From positions 1,985-65,984 of the forward strand of contig JAFGRT010000004.1 in NCBI GenBank assembly GCA_016935015.1: 64,000 nt of DNA, written 5' to 3'. The position numbers and the translations under genes are program-made. Numbering within the stretch: the stretch's first letter is position 1; every line of letters starts with the position of its first letter. Shown here piece after piece: positions 52,706-63,525 of the stretch. The notes under the pieces were generated by a model. That model saw nothing but the letters and a program-made list of their open reading frames with translations. It was not told the DNA's origin and made no database searches. The stretch is from Acidobacteriota bacterium (lineage in GTDB: Bacteria; Acidobacteriota; JAAYUB01).

Positions 52706-53935
52706 ATGTCATTAGCAAAAATGGATCCCGTACTGCGCAAACATGTGGATGAGCTCGCGGCCAAGGGTACAGCCAAGGGCAAAGAGATGGTCATCACCCG
52801 GATCATTCCGGCCCAGGGGCAAAAAGGCCCGCGTTTTCTCATCGACGGCCACGGCGATAAGGAATTCATCAAGATGAATGCCAACAGCTATCTGGGCCTC
52901 AGCCTGCGCCCGGACATGATCGAGGCCGAGGAGAAGGCGGCCCGGGCATACGGCGTCGGTCCCGGCGCCGTAAGGTTCATCAGCGGCACGCACACCCCGC
53001 ATATCGAACTGGAACGGCGACTGGCCCAATTCCACGGCCGGGAAGCGGCCATGATTTTCAGCTCGGCTTATGTCACCAGCATGGGCGTCATCTTCCCCCT
53101 GACCACCGCTGAAACGGTGCTGGTCAGCGACGAGTTGAACCACAATTGCATCATTCAGGCCATGCGCCTTTCCCGCCCGGCCGGTAAATTCATCTACAAA
53201 CATAACGATATGAAGGATCTGGAAGCCAAGCTGCAGGAGAGCATCGGCCATGGGAACCGCGCCCTGGTTATCACCGACGGCATCTTCAGCATGCGCGGCG
53301 ACAACGCCCCGCTGGACGAGCTGGTGGAGATCTGCAAACGCTACGAAGACAAGTTCGAAGAGGGCGTCGTTACCATCATCGACGATTCCCACGGCGTGGG
53401 CGCCTTCGGCCCGACCGGCCGCGGTACAGAAGAATACACCAACACCCGGGGGGACATCATCATCGGCACCCTGGGCAAGGCCTTCGGCGTCAACGGCGGC
53501 TACGTGGTGGCCTCGCTCGCCGTGATCCGCTACCTGCGGGAAACCGCACCCATGTACATTTACTCCAATCCCATCACCGTCGCCGAGGCGGCGGCGGCCC
53601 TGCAGGCGTTGAACATTCTGGAAAGCCCTGAGGGACAGAAGATTCTGGCGCATCTGCGCGCCATGACCCAGAAGTTTGACCAGGGGCTGCGAGACCTGGG
53701 CTACGAAACCATCCCCGGCGACCACCCCGTGGTGCCGCTGATGGTCCGCGACACCCAGAAAACGGCCGACCTGGTTCGCTATCTGACCGAAAACGGTGTT
53801 CTGGCCACCGGCCTCAACTTCCCGGTGGTGCCGCGCGGCGACGAAGAAATTCGCTTCCAGGTCTCCGGCCAGCACACCGAATACGACATCGACTGCGTGC
53901 TGGACGTGTTGCGCAAGTACAAGGAAGCTCACTGA
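52706..53935 (+). CDS. kbl: Glycine C-acetyltransferase (2-amino-3-ketobutyrate CoA ligase)
   Basis: Alpha-oxoamine synthase family with a PLP-lysine region. GGGAGGA RBS. Confidence 0.85.
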   Translation: MSLAKMDPVLRKHVDELAAKGTAKGKEMVITRIIPAQGQKGPRFLIDGHGDKEFIKMNANSYLGLSLRPDMIEAEEKAARAYGVGPGAVRFISGTHTPHIELERRLAQFHGREAAMIFSSAYVTSMGVIFPLTTAETVLVSDELNHNCIIQAMRLSRPAGKFIYKHNDMKDLEAKLQESIGHGNRALVITDGIFSMRGDNAPLDELVEICKRYEDKFEEGVVTIIDDSHGVGAFGPTGRGTEEYTNTRGDIIIGTLGKAFGVNGGYVVASLAVIRYLRETAPMYIYSNPITVAEAAAALQALNILESPEGQKILAHLRAMTQKFDQGLRDLGYETIPGDHPVVPLMVRDTQKTADLVRYLTENGVLATGLNFPVVPRGDEEIRFQVSGQHTEYDIDCVLDVLRKYKEAH

Positions 53936-54119
53936 ACGGTTTCGATTGACACGTGATTCCATCTGCAGGCCGCGCCTCTCCGGCGCTGCCTTTTTTCAGA
54001 GAGCGGGCCGCCTTCGCCTCACGGGAACGGATCGGCTGGTTCACCCCAAAATGCAGGGCCCCGCTCTCTGCCCGGCCAGGTCCGGGCCGTAGCGATCAGG
54101 ATCCCGGGTCGATTTTGAT

Positions 54120-54148
54120 TTGCTTTTGCGAGCACGGTTCCCTATAAT
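54120..54148 (+). promoter_or_regulatory. Sigma70 promoter for the MFS transporter gene
   Basis: TTGCTT, a 17-nt spacer, then TATAAT. Confidence 0.5.
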
Positions 54149-54176
54149 CACCGTTTACTGTTCGCGGGAGTCATGC

Positions 54177-55634
54177 ATGTCCGAAAGAAACAAGCGCGCC
54201 ATCCGCTGGGGGGTATTGTTCCTGGTCAGCATCGTGATCGCATCGAACTACTACGTTTACGATGCCATGTCCTCCATCAAGGCCGTTATGCAGAACGAGC
54301 TGGGTATCAGTTCCACCGATTACGGGCTGATCGTCTCCTTCTACTCATTTCCCAACACGTTCCTGTTGATGACCGTTTTCGGGGGGATCATCCTCGACCG
54401 GTTCGGCATTCGCAAAACCGGCCTGCTGTTCACCTTGCTGTGCGCGCTGGGCGCGATCTTCACCGCCTACGGCGCCAGCGACATCTTCCGCTCGGGCGGC
54501 CCCGGCTACGCCTTTTTCGGCTCATTTCTCACCGGCTACTCCCCCGAACTCAAGCTCATGATCCTGGGCCGGCTGCTCTTCGGGCTGGGGGCCGAAACCA
54601 GCATCGTGGTCATCAACAAGATCGTGGTGCGCTGGTTCCGCGGCAAGGAGCTGGCCTTCGCCTTCGCCCTGAACCTGGCGGTGGCCCGCCTGGGCACGGC
54701 CCTGGCCCTGATTCTGTCGCCCATCCTCATCGAGACAGAGACCGGCTGGACCACCGCCCTCTGGGTGGCGGCCGTGACCATGGGCGTCGGTTTTCTGTTC
54801 TTCATCATCTACACCGTCGCCGAAACCCGGTTGTACGAGAAACCACAAGCCAGCTCCCTGCTGACGGCGGACGAAAGGTTCAATATCCGGGACATCTGGG
54901 CGCTGCTCAAAAACAAATCGTTCATCCTCATCAGCCTGCTATGCGTCACCTTCTACTCGGCGGTGTTTCCCTTCCAGGCCTTCTGCCCGGACTTTCTCCA
55001 TAACAAGTTCGGCCTGTCGCTGGCTCTCAGCGGAAGGCTGACCAGCATGATCATCTGGGGCACAATCCTTTTCACGCCCCTGTTCGGCCTGTATGTGGAC
55101 CGCAAGGGCAAACGGGCCACCCTCATGCTTTTCGGCTCCGGCATGCTGATGCTGGTCCACTTGACCCTGTCCCTGACCTCCATTACCCCCTACATCGCTA
55201 TGTTCGTCCTGGGCATTGCCTTTTCCCTGGTGCCGTCGGCCATGTGGCCGGCCGTGGCCCGCATTGTCGAGGAAAAGCGGCTGGGCACGGCTTACGGCGT
55301 CATGACATCCATCCAGAACCTGGGGCTGTTCGCCTTCCCCATCGCTGCCGGCATGATCACCGACTATGTCAACGCCGACACCATCACCCGGCTGCTTCGC
55401 TCCGCCGCAAACGCCGTACCCTTTATGCCCGACATGTTCATCCTGGGCACCCCGTTGACCTTTGTGATCGCCTTTTTGCAGGCTCACGGCCTGGAACCGG
55501 CGACCCTCGACTATACCTATACCATTCTCATGTTCGCCGGCCTGGGGCTGATAGGCTTTCTCTTTGCGTTCCTCCTCAAGCGGGAAGACGCCAAATCCGG
55601 CAGCTACAACCTGGAGCTGCCGGAACTGGACTGA
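54177..55634 (+). CDS. MFS transporter
   Basis: 12 predicted TM helices. MFS-like motif (GRLLFGLGAE). Confidence 0.85.
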   Translation: MSERNKRAIRWGVLFLVSIVIASNYYVYDAMSSIKAVMQNELGISSTDYGLIVSFYSFPNTFLLMTVFGGIILDRFGIRKTGLLFTLLCALGAIFTAYGASDIFRSGGPGYAFFGSFLTGYSPELKLMILGRLLFGLGAETSIVVINKIVVRWFRGKELAFAFALNLAVARLGTALALILSPILIETETGWTTALWVAAVTMGVGFLFFIIYTVAETRLYEKPQASSLLTADERFNIRDIWALLKNKSFILISLLCVTFYSAVFPFQAFCPDFLHNKFGLSLALSGRLTSMIIWGTILFTPLFGLYVDRKGKRATLMLFGSGMLMLVHLTLSLTSITPYIAMFVLGIAFSLVPSAMWPAVARIVEEKRLGTAYGVMTSIQNLGLFAFPIAAGMITDYVNADTITRLLRSAANAVPFMPDMFILGTPLTFVIAFLQAHGLEPATLDYTYTILMFAGLGLIGFLFAFLLKREDAKSGSYNLELPELD

Positions 55635-55816
55635 GCCGCCGCCGCGCCGCCGCGGTTCAATACTGAACGCGACGATCGAGATATCATCTAATATGGGGGA
55701 ATCGTCCCGTCCTAACCTCTCTGCTCACGGGACAAGCCCGAGATCAGGCCTCCGCAGGCGGTAAAGATGTCACGCCGGCGGCATTGGGCGGTGGGGACAG
55801 GAAGGAGGACACGGGC

Positions 55817-56293
55817 ATGAAACGCATCCTCATTCAGGCGGTCCTCACCCTGATGGTCATGGGCGCCCTGACAGGGGCGGAAGACCTCGTTTTCAAAAAA
55901 GTGGACTACCTGGTGGTGGAGAACGAAGAGTACACGAAGTATGACGTACGATTTATTTTCGAAAGCGACCGCCTGGTGGTGGCCCATGAAAAAAAGCCGG
56001 AGAAGAAGACCTACCTGGTTATCCCGTATGCGTCTGTAATGGATCTGTCCTATGAGCGTTCGGCCCACCATCGGCCGATGCCGGTGGGCGTGCCTGGATT
56101 GAGTGGCCTGCCCGAATACCGGCACTGGCTGACCATCGAATACCGTTTCAGTCGGGCCGCTGCCGAGGATGAATTCGCCTATTTCCGTCTGGACAAGGAC
56201 AACTTCCAGGCGATACTTGATACCCTGGAGGCACGGTGCGGCCTCCGGATCAGCCGCAAACCATCACGCTCCAACAATCCGCTTATTTTCTGA
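55817..56293 (+). CDS. Hypothetical secreted protein
   Basis: GAAGGAGG RBS and a signal peptide. Confidence 0.5.
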   Translation: MKRILIQAVLTLMVMGALTGAEDLVFKKVDYLVVENEEYTKYDVRFIFESDRLVVAHEKKPEKKTYLVIPYASVMDLSYERSAHHRPMPVGVPGLSGLPEYRHWLTIEYRFSRAAAEDEFAYFRLDKDNFQAILDTLEARCGLRISRKPSRSNNPLIF

Positions 56294-56337
56294 CGGGGAA
56301 CATTTGCCGGGGAACCCGCCGCCGTGATCACTGACTG

Positions 56338-57591
56338 TCAGGCCCGGATTCGCTCGATCGTGGCGCCCAACGCATTGAGTTTTTCTTCCATCCGTTCATA
56401 GCCGCGGTCCAGGTGATAGATCCGGCGCACGATGGTTTCCCCCTTGGCCGCCAGGGCGGCCAGAACCAGGCTGGCACTGGCCCGCAGGTCCGAGGCCGTC
56501 ACCGTGGCACCCTGCAGGGGACGCGGCCCGTAGACCAGGGCTGTATTGCCGTCGATGCGGATCTTGGCGCCCATGCGGTCCAGTTCCATGGCATGCAGAA
56601 AACGGTTCTCGAAAATGCTCTCGCGGATGCAGGATGTCCCGTCGGCCTGGGTCATGAGACTCATCAGCTGCGCCTGCATGTCGGTGGGAAAACCGGGATA
56701 GGGCGACGTGGTAAAGGTGACCGGTCGCAGGGGCCCGTTACCGGTCAGGGTAATCCGGTCCTCCATCACCTCCATCCGGACGCCGGCCGCGGCCAGGATA
56801 TCCAGCACGGCCTGCAGATGCGACGGCCGGCAGTTTTCGATGACCAGTTCCCCCCGGGTAATGGCGCCGGCCACCAGATAGGTCCCGGTGGTGATGCGAT
56901 CGGGAATGATGGGGTGACAGCAACCGTGCAACGACTTGACACCGTCGATGACCAGCTGGCGGGTCCCCAGTCCCTCGATCCGCGCGCCCATGCACCGCAG
57001 CATTTCGCCCAGATCGGTGACTTCCGGTTCCACGGCGCTGTTGTGGAGGGTGGTCCGGCCGTCGGCCAGGGCGGCGGCCATCATCAAATTCTCCGTCCCG
57101 GTGACGGTGACTTTCTCGAAGGTGTAGTCGGCGCCGCACAGGCGTCGGCAGCGGGCGATGATATAGCCGTGCTCCACCTCGATCTCGGCACCCATCCGCT
57201 CCAGTCCGGCCAGATGGAGGTTTACCGGCCGGGCGCCGATGGCACAGCCGCCGGGCAGGGACACCTTGGCATAGCCGAAGCGGCTGACCAGAGGTCCGAG
57301 GCACAGGATGGAGGCCCGCATGGTACGCACGAGGTCGTAGGGAGCACACAGGTCCTGCACCCGCCGCTGCCGGAACCGGGCGACGTCGCCTTCGCGTGCC
57401 ACGTCATAGCCGATGATGTCGAGGATGCGGCCCATGGTCTCCACGTCCCACACCGCCGGCATGTTCTGCAGCTGCACCTCGTCCTCGGTGAGCAGCACGG
57501 CGGCCATGGCCGGCAGGGCCGCATTTTTGGCCCCCGAGATCCGGATCCGCCCCACAAGGCGGCACGGGCCGACAATTCGAAAATGATCCAT
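56338..57591 (-). CDS. murA: UDP-N-acetylglucosamine 1-carboxyvinyltransferase
   Basis: Start at MDHFRIVGP...[11 protein letters not shown]. Confidence 0.95.
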   Translation of the reverse strand: MDHFRIVGPCRLVGRIRISGAKNAALPAMAAVLLTEDEVQLQNMPAVWDVETMGRILDIIGYDVAREGDVARFRQRRVQDLCAPYDLVRTMRASILCLGPLVSRFGYAKVSLPGGCAIGARPVNLHLAGLERMGAEIEVEHGYIIARCRRLCGADYTFEKVTVTGTENLMMAAALADGRTTLHNSAVEPEVTDLGEMLRCMGARIEGLGTRQLVIDGVKSLHGCCHPIIPDRITTGTYLVAGAITRGELVIENCRPSHLQAVLDILAAAGVRMEVMEDRITLTGNGPLRPVTFTTSPYPGFPTDMQAQLMSLMTQADGTSCIRESIFENRFLHAMELDRMGAKIRIDGNTALVYGPRPLQGATVTASDLRASASLVLAALAAKGETIVRRIYHLDRGYERMEEKLNALGATIERIRA

Positions 57592-57846
57592 CACGGGCTT
57601 CCTTCCTGACCGGACGGCCACGTCACCGCCCATCCGGTCGCTGTTCATTCGGAAGGCTATATTCTACCAGAATTGAATGACCGGGGCAGCAACTGTGCCG
57701 TAATTCTTCCCCAATGCGGAATGCCATTGCTACCGGAGACATTATATAATAGACTTTTTTTGTTCATTTTTTGTGGCACCCCTTGGAACCGAAAACGTAC
57801 AATGATAATCTATAGAATATGACATCGATGAACCAAGGAGAATGAC

Positions 57847-58329
57847 ATGATGAAGTTGCTTGGAAATTCAATAGTTATCGCTTTTTTTATGAACATTTTG
57901 CTCCTCCCGGCCCTGGCCAATTCGCTCCTGACGGAGGGTGCCAAACCCGGCCATTGGACCCAGGATTATGACGCGGCCATCAAACTGGCCCAGGAGAAAA
58001 ATCTGCCCATCATGGTCATGTACACCGGCTCCGACTGGTGCGGCTGGTGCAAGCTCATGGACAAGCAGGTTTTTTCCAAACCCGAATTCTACCAGTTTGC
58101 CGAGAAAAACATCATTCTCGTCAGCCTGGACTATCCCCGAGACAAATCCCTGGTTCCGGAGAAATATCAAGAGCGCAACCAGCGTCTGCTGCGAGAGCGG
58201 AACATTATGGGCCTGCCGACGTATGTCATTCTGCAGGCCGACGGTCGGACCGAGCTGGGCCGGCTCGGCGCCGGCCGGGACAAGACGGTGGAGAGCTTTG
58301 TGCAGGAAGTCAAGAACCTGATCCAATAA
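57847..58329 (+). CDS. Secreted thioredoxin-fold protein (WCGWC active site)
   Basis: AAGGAG RBS, a signal peptide, and CGWC. Confidence 0.75.
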   Translation: MMKLLGNSIVIAFFMNILLLPALANSLLTEGAKPGHWTQDYDAAIKLAQEKNLPIMVMYTGSDWCGWCKLMDKQVFSKPEFYQFAEKNIILVSLDYPRDKSLVPEKYQERNQRLLRERNIMGLPTYVILQADGRTELGRLGAGRDKTVESFVQEVKNLIQ

Positions 58330-58357
58330 GGTGCGTCCCCAGGGGACGTGATTTCAG

Positions 58358-58392
58358 GCCCGGTGACCACGGCAGGACATCGGGCTTTTTTT
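58358..58392 (+). terminator. Putative terminator
   Basis: GCCCG...CGGGC followed by T7. Confidence 0.4.
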
Positions 58393-58437
58393 ATGATCGT
58401 TCCGGACATGGCGGCAACCCGAATACCCTGACATGGC

Positions 58438-58983
58438 TTAGGTATGGTCGGGGCAGCCGCCGGTCCACTCTTCCTCATGGATCTTATTCGGGTCGAATTT
58501 CTCCTTGACGGCACCTGTTTCGTCCGGCACGCCCAGGGCCAGCACACTGTGCGGCTGGATATGGCTGGGCAAGCGAAAGAGTTCGGCCAGTCCCCGCATT
58601 CGTTCCTGCCGGGGGAACACGCCCAGCCAGACACCGCCCAGGTTCAGGCCGTGTGCGGCCAGCAAAATGTTCTGGGCCGCGGCGGAACAGTCCAGCACCC
58701 AGTACATCAACTCGCGCCGCTGTTCCGGCGCGCGCCGCATGTTGCCGCAGATAAAAACGGCCAGCGCCGCCTGGGGCAACATTTTGCCGTAGGGGATGAT
58801 CTCGGCCATGGCGGTCAGCCGGACGCGATCCGTGACGATGATAAATTCCCACGGTTGCAGATTCATGGCCGAGGGAGCGGCCATGCCCGCCCGCAGGAGG
58901 AGTTCCACGGTTTCGGCCGGAATGGGTTCCGCCCGAAAACACCGGATACTGCGGCGGCTCAGGATGGCCTCGATGCAGTTCAT
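58438..58983 (-). CDS. Nitroreductase-family protein
   Basis: Start at MNCIEAILSRRSIRCF with GGGAGG RBS. Confidence 0.8.
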   Translation of the reverse strand: MNCIEAILSRRSIRCFRAEPIPAETVELLLRAGMAAPSAMNLQPWEFIIVTDRVRLTAMAEIIPYGKMLPQAALAVFICGNMRRAPEQRRELMYWVLDCSAAAQNILLAAHGLNLGGVWLGVFPRQERMRGLAELFRLPSHIQPHSVLALGVPDETGAVKEKFDPNKIHEEEWTGGCPDHT

Positions 58984-59284
58984 GACGACCTCCCCGAATG
59001 AACGATGGGTAATATGGCATGAGCCTCTCCCCCGGCCCGGCCATCGTGACGCAGATTTCCGTGGTCGCACGATCCGATAGAGAGAGACGTCTCGCCCTGA
59101 TCATTGTACGGCCTGCGTTGCCGAAAAGAATCACGAATCCTGGCCCACAACAAATCATCCCCACATGGCCGGGCGCCCGCCGGCTTCAACCATAAACGCT
59201 TCACCAATCGTTCACCCCGATCATCATTTGGAATATCATAACCTTTTCGATGAGTGTGACCACCAGTGCCCGCCCGACAATTCG

Positions 59285-59313
59285 TTTGTCCATCCTTCCA
59301 AAAGACGATAAAA
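59285..59313 (+). promoter_or_regulatory. Sigma70 promoter for the lipoprotein gene
   Basis: TTGTCC, a 17-nt spacer, then TAAAAT. Confidence 0.45.
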
Positions 59314-59350
59314 TGTACCGAGCCAATATTTCCCGAGGAGAGCGAACATC

Positions 59351-60418
59351 ATGAAATCGACGCCATTATGGCCTTGCCTGCTGACCATCGCCCTGTGCCT
59401 GCCGGCCGGCTCCTGCGGCGAAGTGGGACAACCGGAGTTCAAGGACTACAGTACACCGGAATTGATGGCGCTGCTGCCGGCCGACGCCCGGGTAGTCTTT
59501 GCCCTGGATGCACAAAGCATGTTCACCGAAGAATATTTCCGGAAACTGGTGGAACCGCCCAACCAGACTCCGCCCGCGGAAGATTCCTTGCCACAGCAAT
59601 ACGAAAGCTTCAAGAAGAAGACCGGCATCGACTGGCGCGAAGACGTCCGGCGGGTGGTGGGCGCAGCGGCCGGTGATCCCTCGGCCCGGGAAGTCCCCCT
59701 GGCGGTTCTGGTGAACGTGCGGCATGATCCGGAGCGGATTCTGGCGGTGGTGGACACCGACGATGCGGTGGAGCGACGCCCTGCCCTTCACGGCAGCCAT
59801 ACCCTCCACGAACTGTACTCCCGACACGGCGAGACCCGCGAATTCATCACGGCGTTTGCCTTTCTGGACGATTCCCTGATGGTGTTCGGCACTCCCAGCG
59901 AGATCAAGAAAGTACTGGACCGGCTCGACCCGAGACCCGTCAGCCCGGGATTCAGTAAAAAACTGGCCGGACTGGTGGCGCAGGCCGATCAACAGGCCAT
60001 GGTCTGGGTCGCCATGAGTTTTGACGCGGACATGCAGGAAGTGCTGCCCAATGCCGATGAACTGCCGTTTCGGATACCCCTCAAACTCGAAAGTATCGAA
60101 GGTTTTACCGGTGCCGTGGACTACCGCAATTTTATCCTCAACGGCGATTTCCGGGTGCTGTCCGCCGACGCCGCCACCAACGAACAGATGGCCGCGCTTC
60201 TCAACGGGTTACGGGCCATGGCCGCCATGCGTGAGGGGGCAACGGGCAAACTGATGAATACCCTCCTGATTACGGCCGATGCACATTCAATCCGTCTGTC
60301 GTTCAACATCCCCGAGGATCTGTTGCAGGAGCTGGCTGCCGAGCTGAAAAATCAGACGGTCCCCTTCATGGATATGCCGCAGTTCGGAACGCCTTCGGTG
60401 TCACCGGACCGGGATTGA
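59351..60418 (+). CDS. Hypothetical lipoprotein
   Basis: Signal peptide plus lipobox (LPAGSCG). GAGGAG RBS. Confidence 0.6.
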   Translation: MKSTPLWPCLLTIALCLPAGSCGEVGQPEFKDYSTPELMALLPADARVVFALDAQSMFTEEYFRKLVEPPNQTPPAEDSLPQQYESFKKKTGIDWREDVRRVVGAAAGDPSAREVPLAVLVNVRHDPERILAVVDTDDAVERRPALHGSHTLHELYSRHGETREFITAFAFLDDSLMVFGTPSEIKKVLDRLDPRPVSPGFSKKLAGLVAQADQQAMVWVAMSFDADMQEVLPNADELPFRIPLKLESIEGFTGAVDYRNFILNGDFRVLSADAATNEQMAALLNGLRAMAAMREGATGKLMNTLLITADAHSIRLSFNIPEDLLQELAAELKNQTVPFMDMPQFGTPSVSPDRD

Positions 60419-60445
60419 ACGGTCCGTAATCAGGAGACCGGGTCA

Positions 60446-62344
60446 TTACTCCGTGGCCATGTGGAAAGCCTTGACCAGGCCGTTTTCCAGGGTGGGCACC
60501 AGCAGCAGGCCCCGGTCCGGGATGTAGTCGAAATCAGCCAGGCGTTCGCCCGGCGCGCTGGTATCCAGCAGTTTTTCAGCCCGGCCGTCAGGCGCCACGG
60601 CATAGAGCTTGCCCTCATAGACGGAAACCAGGTAGCGGCCGGCGGGCCCTACCTTGATGCCGTCGATGATCCCTTGGAGAAAACGAACCACCGGGGTGAC
60701 GGACTTGCCGGCCAAGTCCACGGCCTTGAGGCTGCTGTCGCCGCCACAGCCGACCAGCAGCTTGCCGTCGTGAACCAGCAGGCCGTTGGGATTGCGGACA
60801 CTGTCATCTTCCAGCCAAACGCTGAAATTCTCATCGTCACAGCGCCAGATGACGTGTTTCTGGGAATCGGAGACATACAGGTTGCCGGCGGCATCGCGGG
60901 CGATGTCGTTGAGAAACGCGCCCTGGGGGATGGCCAGACGACGGTCGATCTGGCCGGTGGCCACGTCGACGACGGCCACGGACCGGCGCTCCACCACGTA
61001 GAGCTTGTCGCCGTCCAGCACCATGCCGGTGGGGTATATGAGGCCTTTCACCCATTCCTGGTCAATGATGGTGCCGTCGGGCGTCATACGCGTCAGGGTC
61101 TGGCTGCCCGGTGGCAGGGCGCGACCGAAATTACTGACATACACCACATTCCGCTTCGCGTCGTAAACAGCCGATTCGGGCATGGCCAGCCCGGCGGGGG
61201 TGCGCCAGACCTCCGTGATCCGCCGGTCATGGTGAACGGCCGCCCCGTCCCGGCAGATGAATCCCCAGCCGCCCATGGATTCGCCGATGACCAGCAGCAC
61301 CTCGTTCTTCCCCTTCTCCAGGGGGAGGTACACCGAGTCGAACAGACCCACGATTCCCAGGAACGAGGTATCGCGGGAACGGTAGGCGCTCAGGCCGGTA
61401 TACAGGAGCCGGCCGTTGAGAAAGATGCCGACGGAGTCGGTGTATCCAAACTGCAGCGGCAATGTTCTGGCCTCGTCCGACATGATGCTGGTCCGGGCGT
61501 ACACATAGTCGGGTAGCGGTCCGGAGCGCAGGTACGTCCGGCTGATGTTCACCACGCCGTCCGGTTCGCACTGGACCGTGCGCCATTCCAGCGCGAGCTT
61601 CTGCGCGCCCGGATACGACTGGGGATCGATGGCGTCGTAGCGGAAGGGCTGGGACAGCTCCCATTCGGTGATGGTGCCGCATGGCATTTCCAGGAGCGGA
61701 TCGGGTGGGAACTCCAGCTCGCTGTCCAGGCGGTAGCTGAAATTCGAGAACCAGGCGGTGCCGGGCTGCAAGGACTTGAGGCCGATTTTTCCCTTGCTCC
61801 GGCCGTGTCCCAGGCGGGTGATCTCCAGAGTGGGACTTTTCGCGTCGCCGAGGAAAACACAGGCCTGGGTGCCCTTTACCTCCAGTCGGACATGGATCCA
61901 CTCGTTGGCCGGGATGACGGCCGTGGCGGTGTAACCTGCACCGTTGCTCAGCTGCCAGCAGCTGCTGCCGTTGAACACCGGCGTGTACTGCAGCACATCA
62001 TCATAGAATGGCGCGCGATGGGGCCGGATGTAGAATTCCTCGTACTCATCGGAGGACGCCAGCCGGAACACAAAACCGGGATAGGCCCGTTCGCCGGTGA
62101 ACGCCATGTCCACCTCGATGACGCCGTCCCGGAACTCGACGTCGGTCAGGGTGGCGACGCCGGCGAAGGTGATGGCCGGCCGTCCCAGGTACTCTGTCAC
62201 CTGGGTGTTGGGCATCTGCCAGCGTTCGCTGTCGAAAGGGACAGCGATAGGGGTACCGGCGGCCGCCGCAACGCCCCCTATGGCCGTTATCGCCAGGCAC
62301 GTGGCAATGAGGGTAAGTGCGGGGTGGATAGTGCGACACATCAT
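60446..62344 (-). CDS. Secreted two-domain protein: N-terminal jelly-roll-like region plus C-terminal SMP-30/gluconolactonase/LRE-like beta-propeller
   Basis: Signal peptide. The C-terminal repeats (NDIARDAAGNLYVSD, YVSNFG, LYVVER) are typical of six-bladed propellers. Confidence 0.5.
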   Translation of the reverse strand: MMCRTIHPALTLIATCLAITAIGGVAAAAGTPIAVPFDSERWQMPNTQVTEYLGRPAITFAGVATLTDVEFRDGVIEVDMAFTGERAYPGFVFRLASSDEYEEFYIRPHRAPFYDDVLQYTPVFNGSSCWQLSNGAGYTATAVIPANEWIHVRLEVKGTQACVFLGDAKSPTLEITRLGHGRSKGKIGLKSLQPGTAWFSNFSYRLDSELEFPPDPLLEMPCGTITEWELSQPFRYDAIDPQSYPGAQKLALEWRTVQCEPDGVVNISRTYLRSGPLPDYVYARTSIMSDEARTLPLQFGYTDSVGIFLNGRLLYTGLSAYRSRDTSFLGIVGLFDSVYLPLEKGKNEVLLVIGESMGGWGFICRDGAAVHHDRRITEVWRTPAGLAMPESAVYDAKRNVVYVSNFGRALPPGSQTLTRMTPDGTIIDQEWVKGLIYPTGMVLDGDKLYVVERRSVAVVDVATGQIDRRLAIPQGAFLNDIARDAAGNLYVSDSQKHVIWRCDDENFSVWLEDDSVRNPNGLLVHDGKLLVGCGGDSSLKAVDLAGKSVTPVVRFLQGIIDGIKVGPAGRYLVSVYEGKLYAVAPDGRAEKLLDTSAPGERLADFDYIPDRGLLLVPTLENGLVKAFHMATE

Positions 62345-62601
62345 GTTCTCCTCCTGAGTAATGCATGTTTCCGTTTTTTACGAGGCGAGGACCGGGAGTG
62401 TTCCTCACCGAGGATCAATTGCCGTCAATTTTAGACAAAACACGGCAACGGCTGTACGAACGGTGTTGATTAAACCGCATCAATTGGCCAGATTCAGAAT
62501 ATGGGCGGAAAACCAATCAAAGACTTCATTCTTCGCTTCACCGGCAACACCATCGTCTGACACCTGGCGTTCTGGCTGTTTTTTATGCCATCTTCACCCT
62601 G

Positions 62602-63525
62602 ATGTCCATGCGGCGAAGACCGCTGGAGTTCATCCTGCTGTATTACGGCTCCGTCCTGAGCTTTTTCGCCCTGGCGGCCTACCTGAACTTCTTCCTCATG
62701 GACCGCTTTTTATCCACCCGGCGCTATGCGTTCTACATCCCCGGGGTGCTGGTCATCATCTCCGGCACGGGCTTGATGTTGAACGCCTACCTCGTCCGGA
62801 CGTTCCATGACTGGGACAACTTGGTTGGCGCATGGTTCAACGTCTTTCTTTTCAACGTCCTGACCGCCGCCCTTCGACTGGCCCGGCGCGGCTTCCGTCA
62901 GCGCCTGCTGTTGCAGGAACTGCGTGCCAAGCAGGTGCAGACCGAGCTCAGCCTGCTCAAAGCCCAGATCAATCCCCATTTCCTATTCAACAACCTGAAC
63001 AACCTCTTCGGCCTCGCCCGCAAACAGGATCTCCGCACCGCCGAAGGCATCGCCCAGCTGTCCCATCTCATGCGCTATATCATCTACGATTCCGCCAACG
63101 ACCGGGTGGAGCTGGACCTGGAACTGGAGCAGATTCACCGGCTCATTCAGCTTCAGCAGCTGCGCTTCACCCCGGAAGACGACATCACCATCGATTTCTC
63201 GGTCACGGGTAAAACAGAGGGCATCCTTTTGCCGCCGCTGCTGCTCATCCCCTTTGTGGAAAATGCCTTCAAGCACGGCATCAGTCTCCGGAATCCATCG
63301 TTTATCCATATCGCTTTAGACGTGGGCAGCGGCGCCCTGCGCTTTGCCGTGCACAACTCCAACCACGCCCGCCCCTCGCAATCCGAGCGGACCTTGGAAA
63401 CCGGTCTGGGGCTGCCCAATGTCCGCCGGCGACTGGAGCTACTCTATCCGGACGCCCATCGGCTGGATATACAGTCCGACGGCGACCATTTCAGCATCGA
63501 ACTGCACCTGGAGGAGTCACCATGA
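62602..63525 (+). CDS. LytS/YehU-family sensor histidine kinase
   Basis: Four TM helices then a His_kinase domain with QINPHFLFNNLNNL. Confidence 0.85.
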   Translation: MSMRRRPLEFILLYYGSVLSFFALAAYLNFFLMDRFLSTRRYAFYIPGVLVIISGTGLMLNAYLVRTFHDWDNLVGAWFNVFLFNVLTAALRLARRGFRQRLLLQELRAKQVQTELSLLKAQINPHFLFNNLNNLFGLARKQDLRTAEGIAQLSHLMRYIIYDSANDRVELDLELEQIHRLIQLQQLRFTPEDDITIDFSVTGKTEGILLPPLLLIPFVENAFKHGISLRNPSFIHIALDVGSGALRFAVHNSNHARPSQSERTLETGLGLPNVRRRLELLYPDAHRLDIQSDGDHFSIELHLEESP

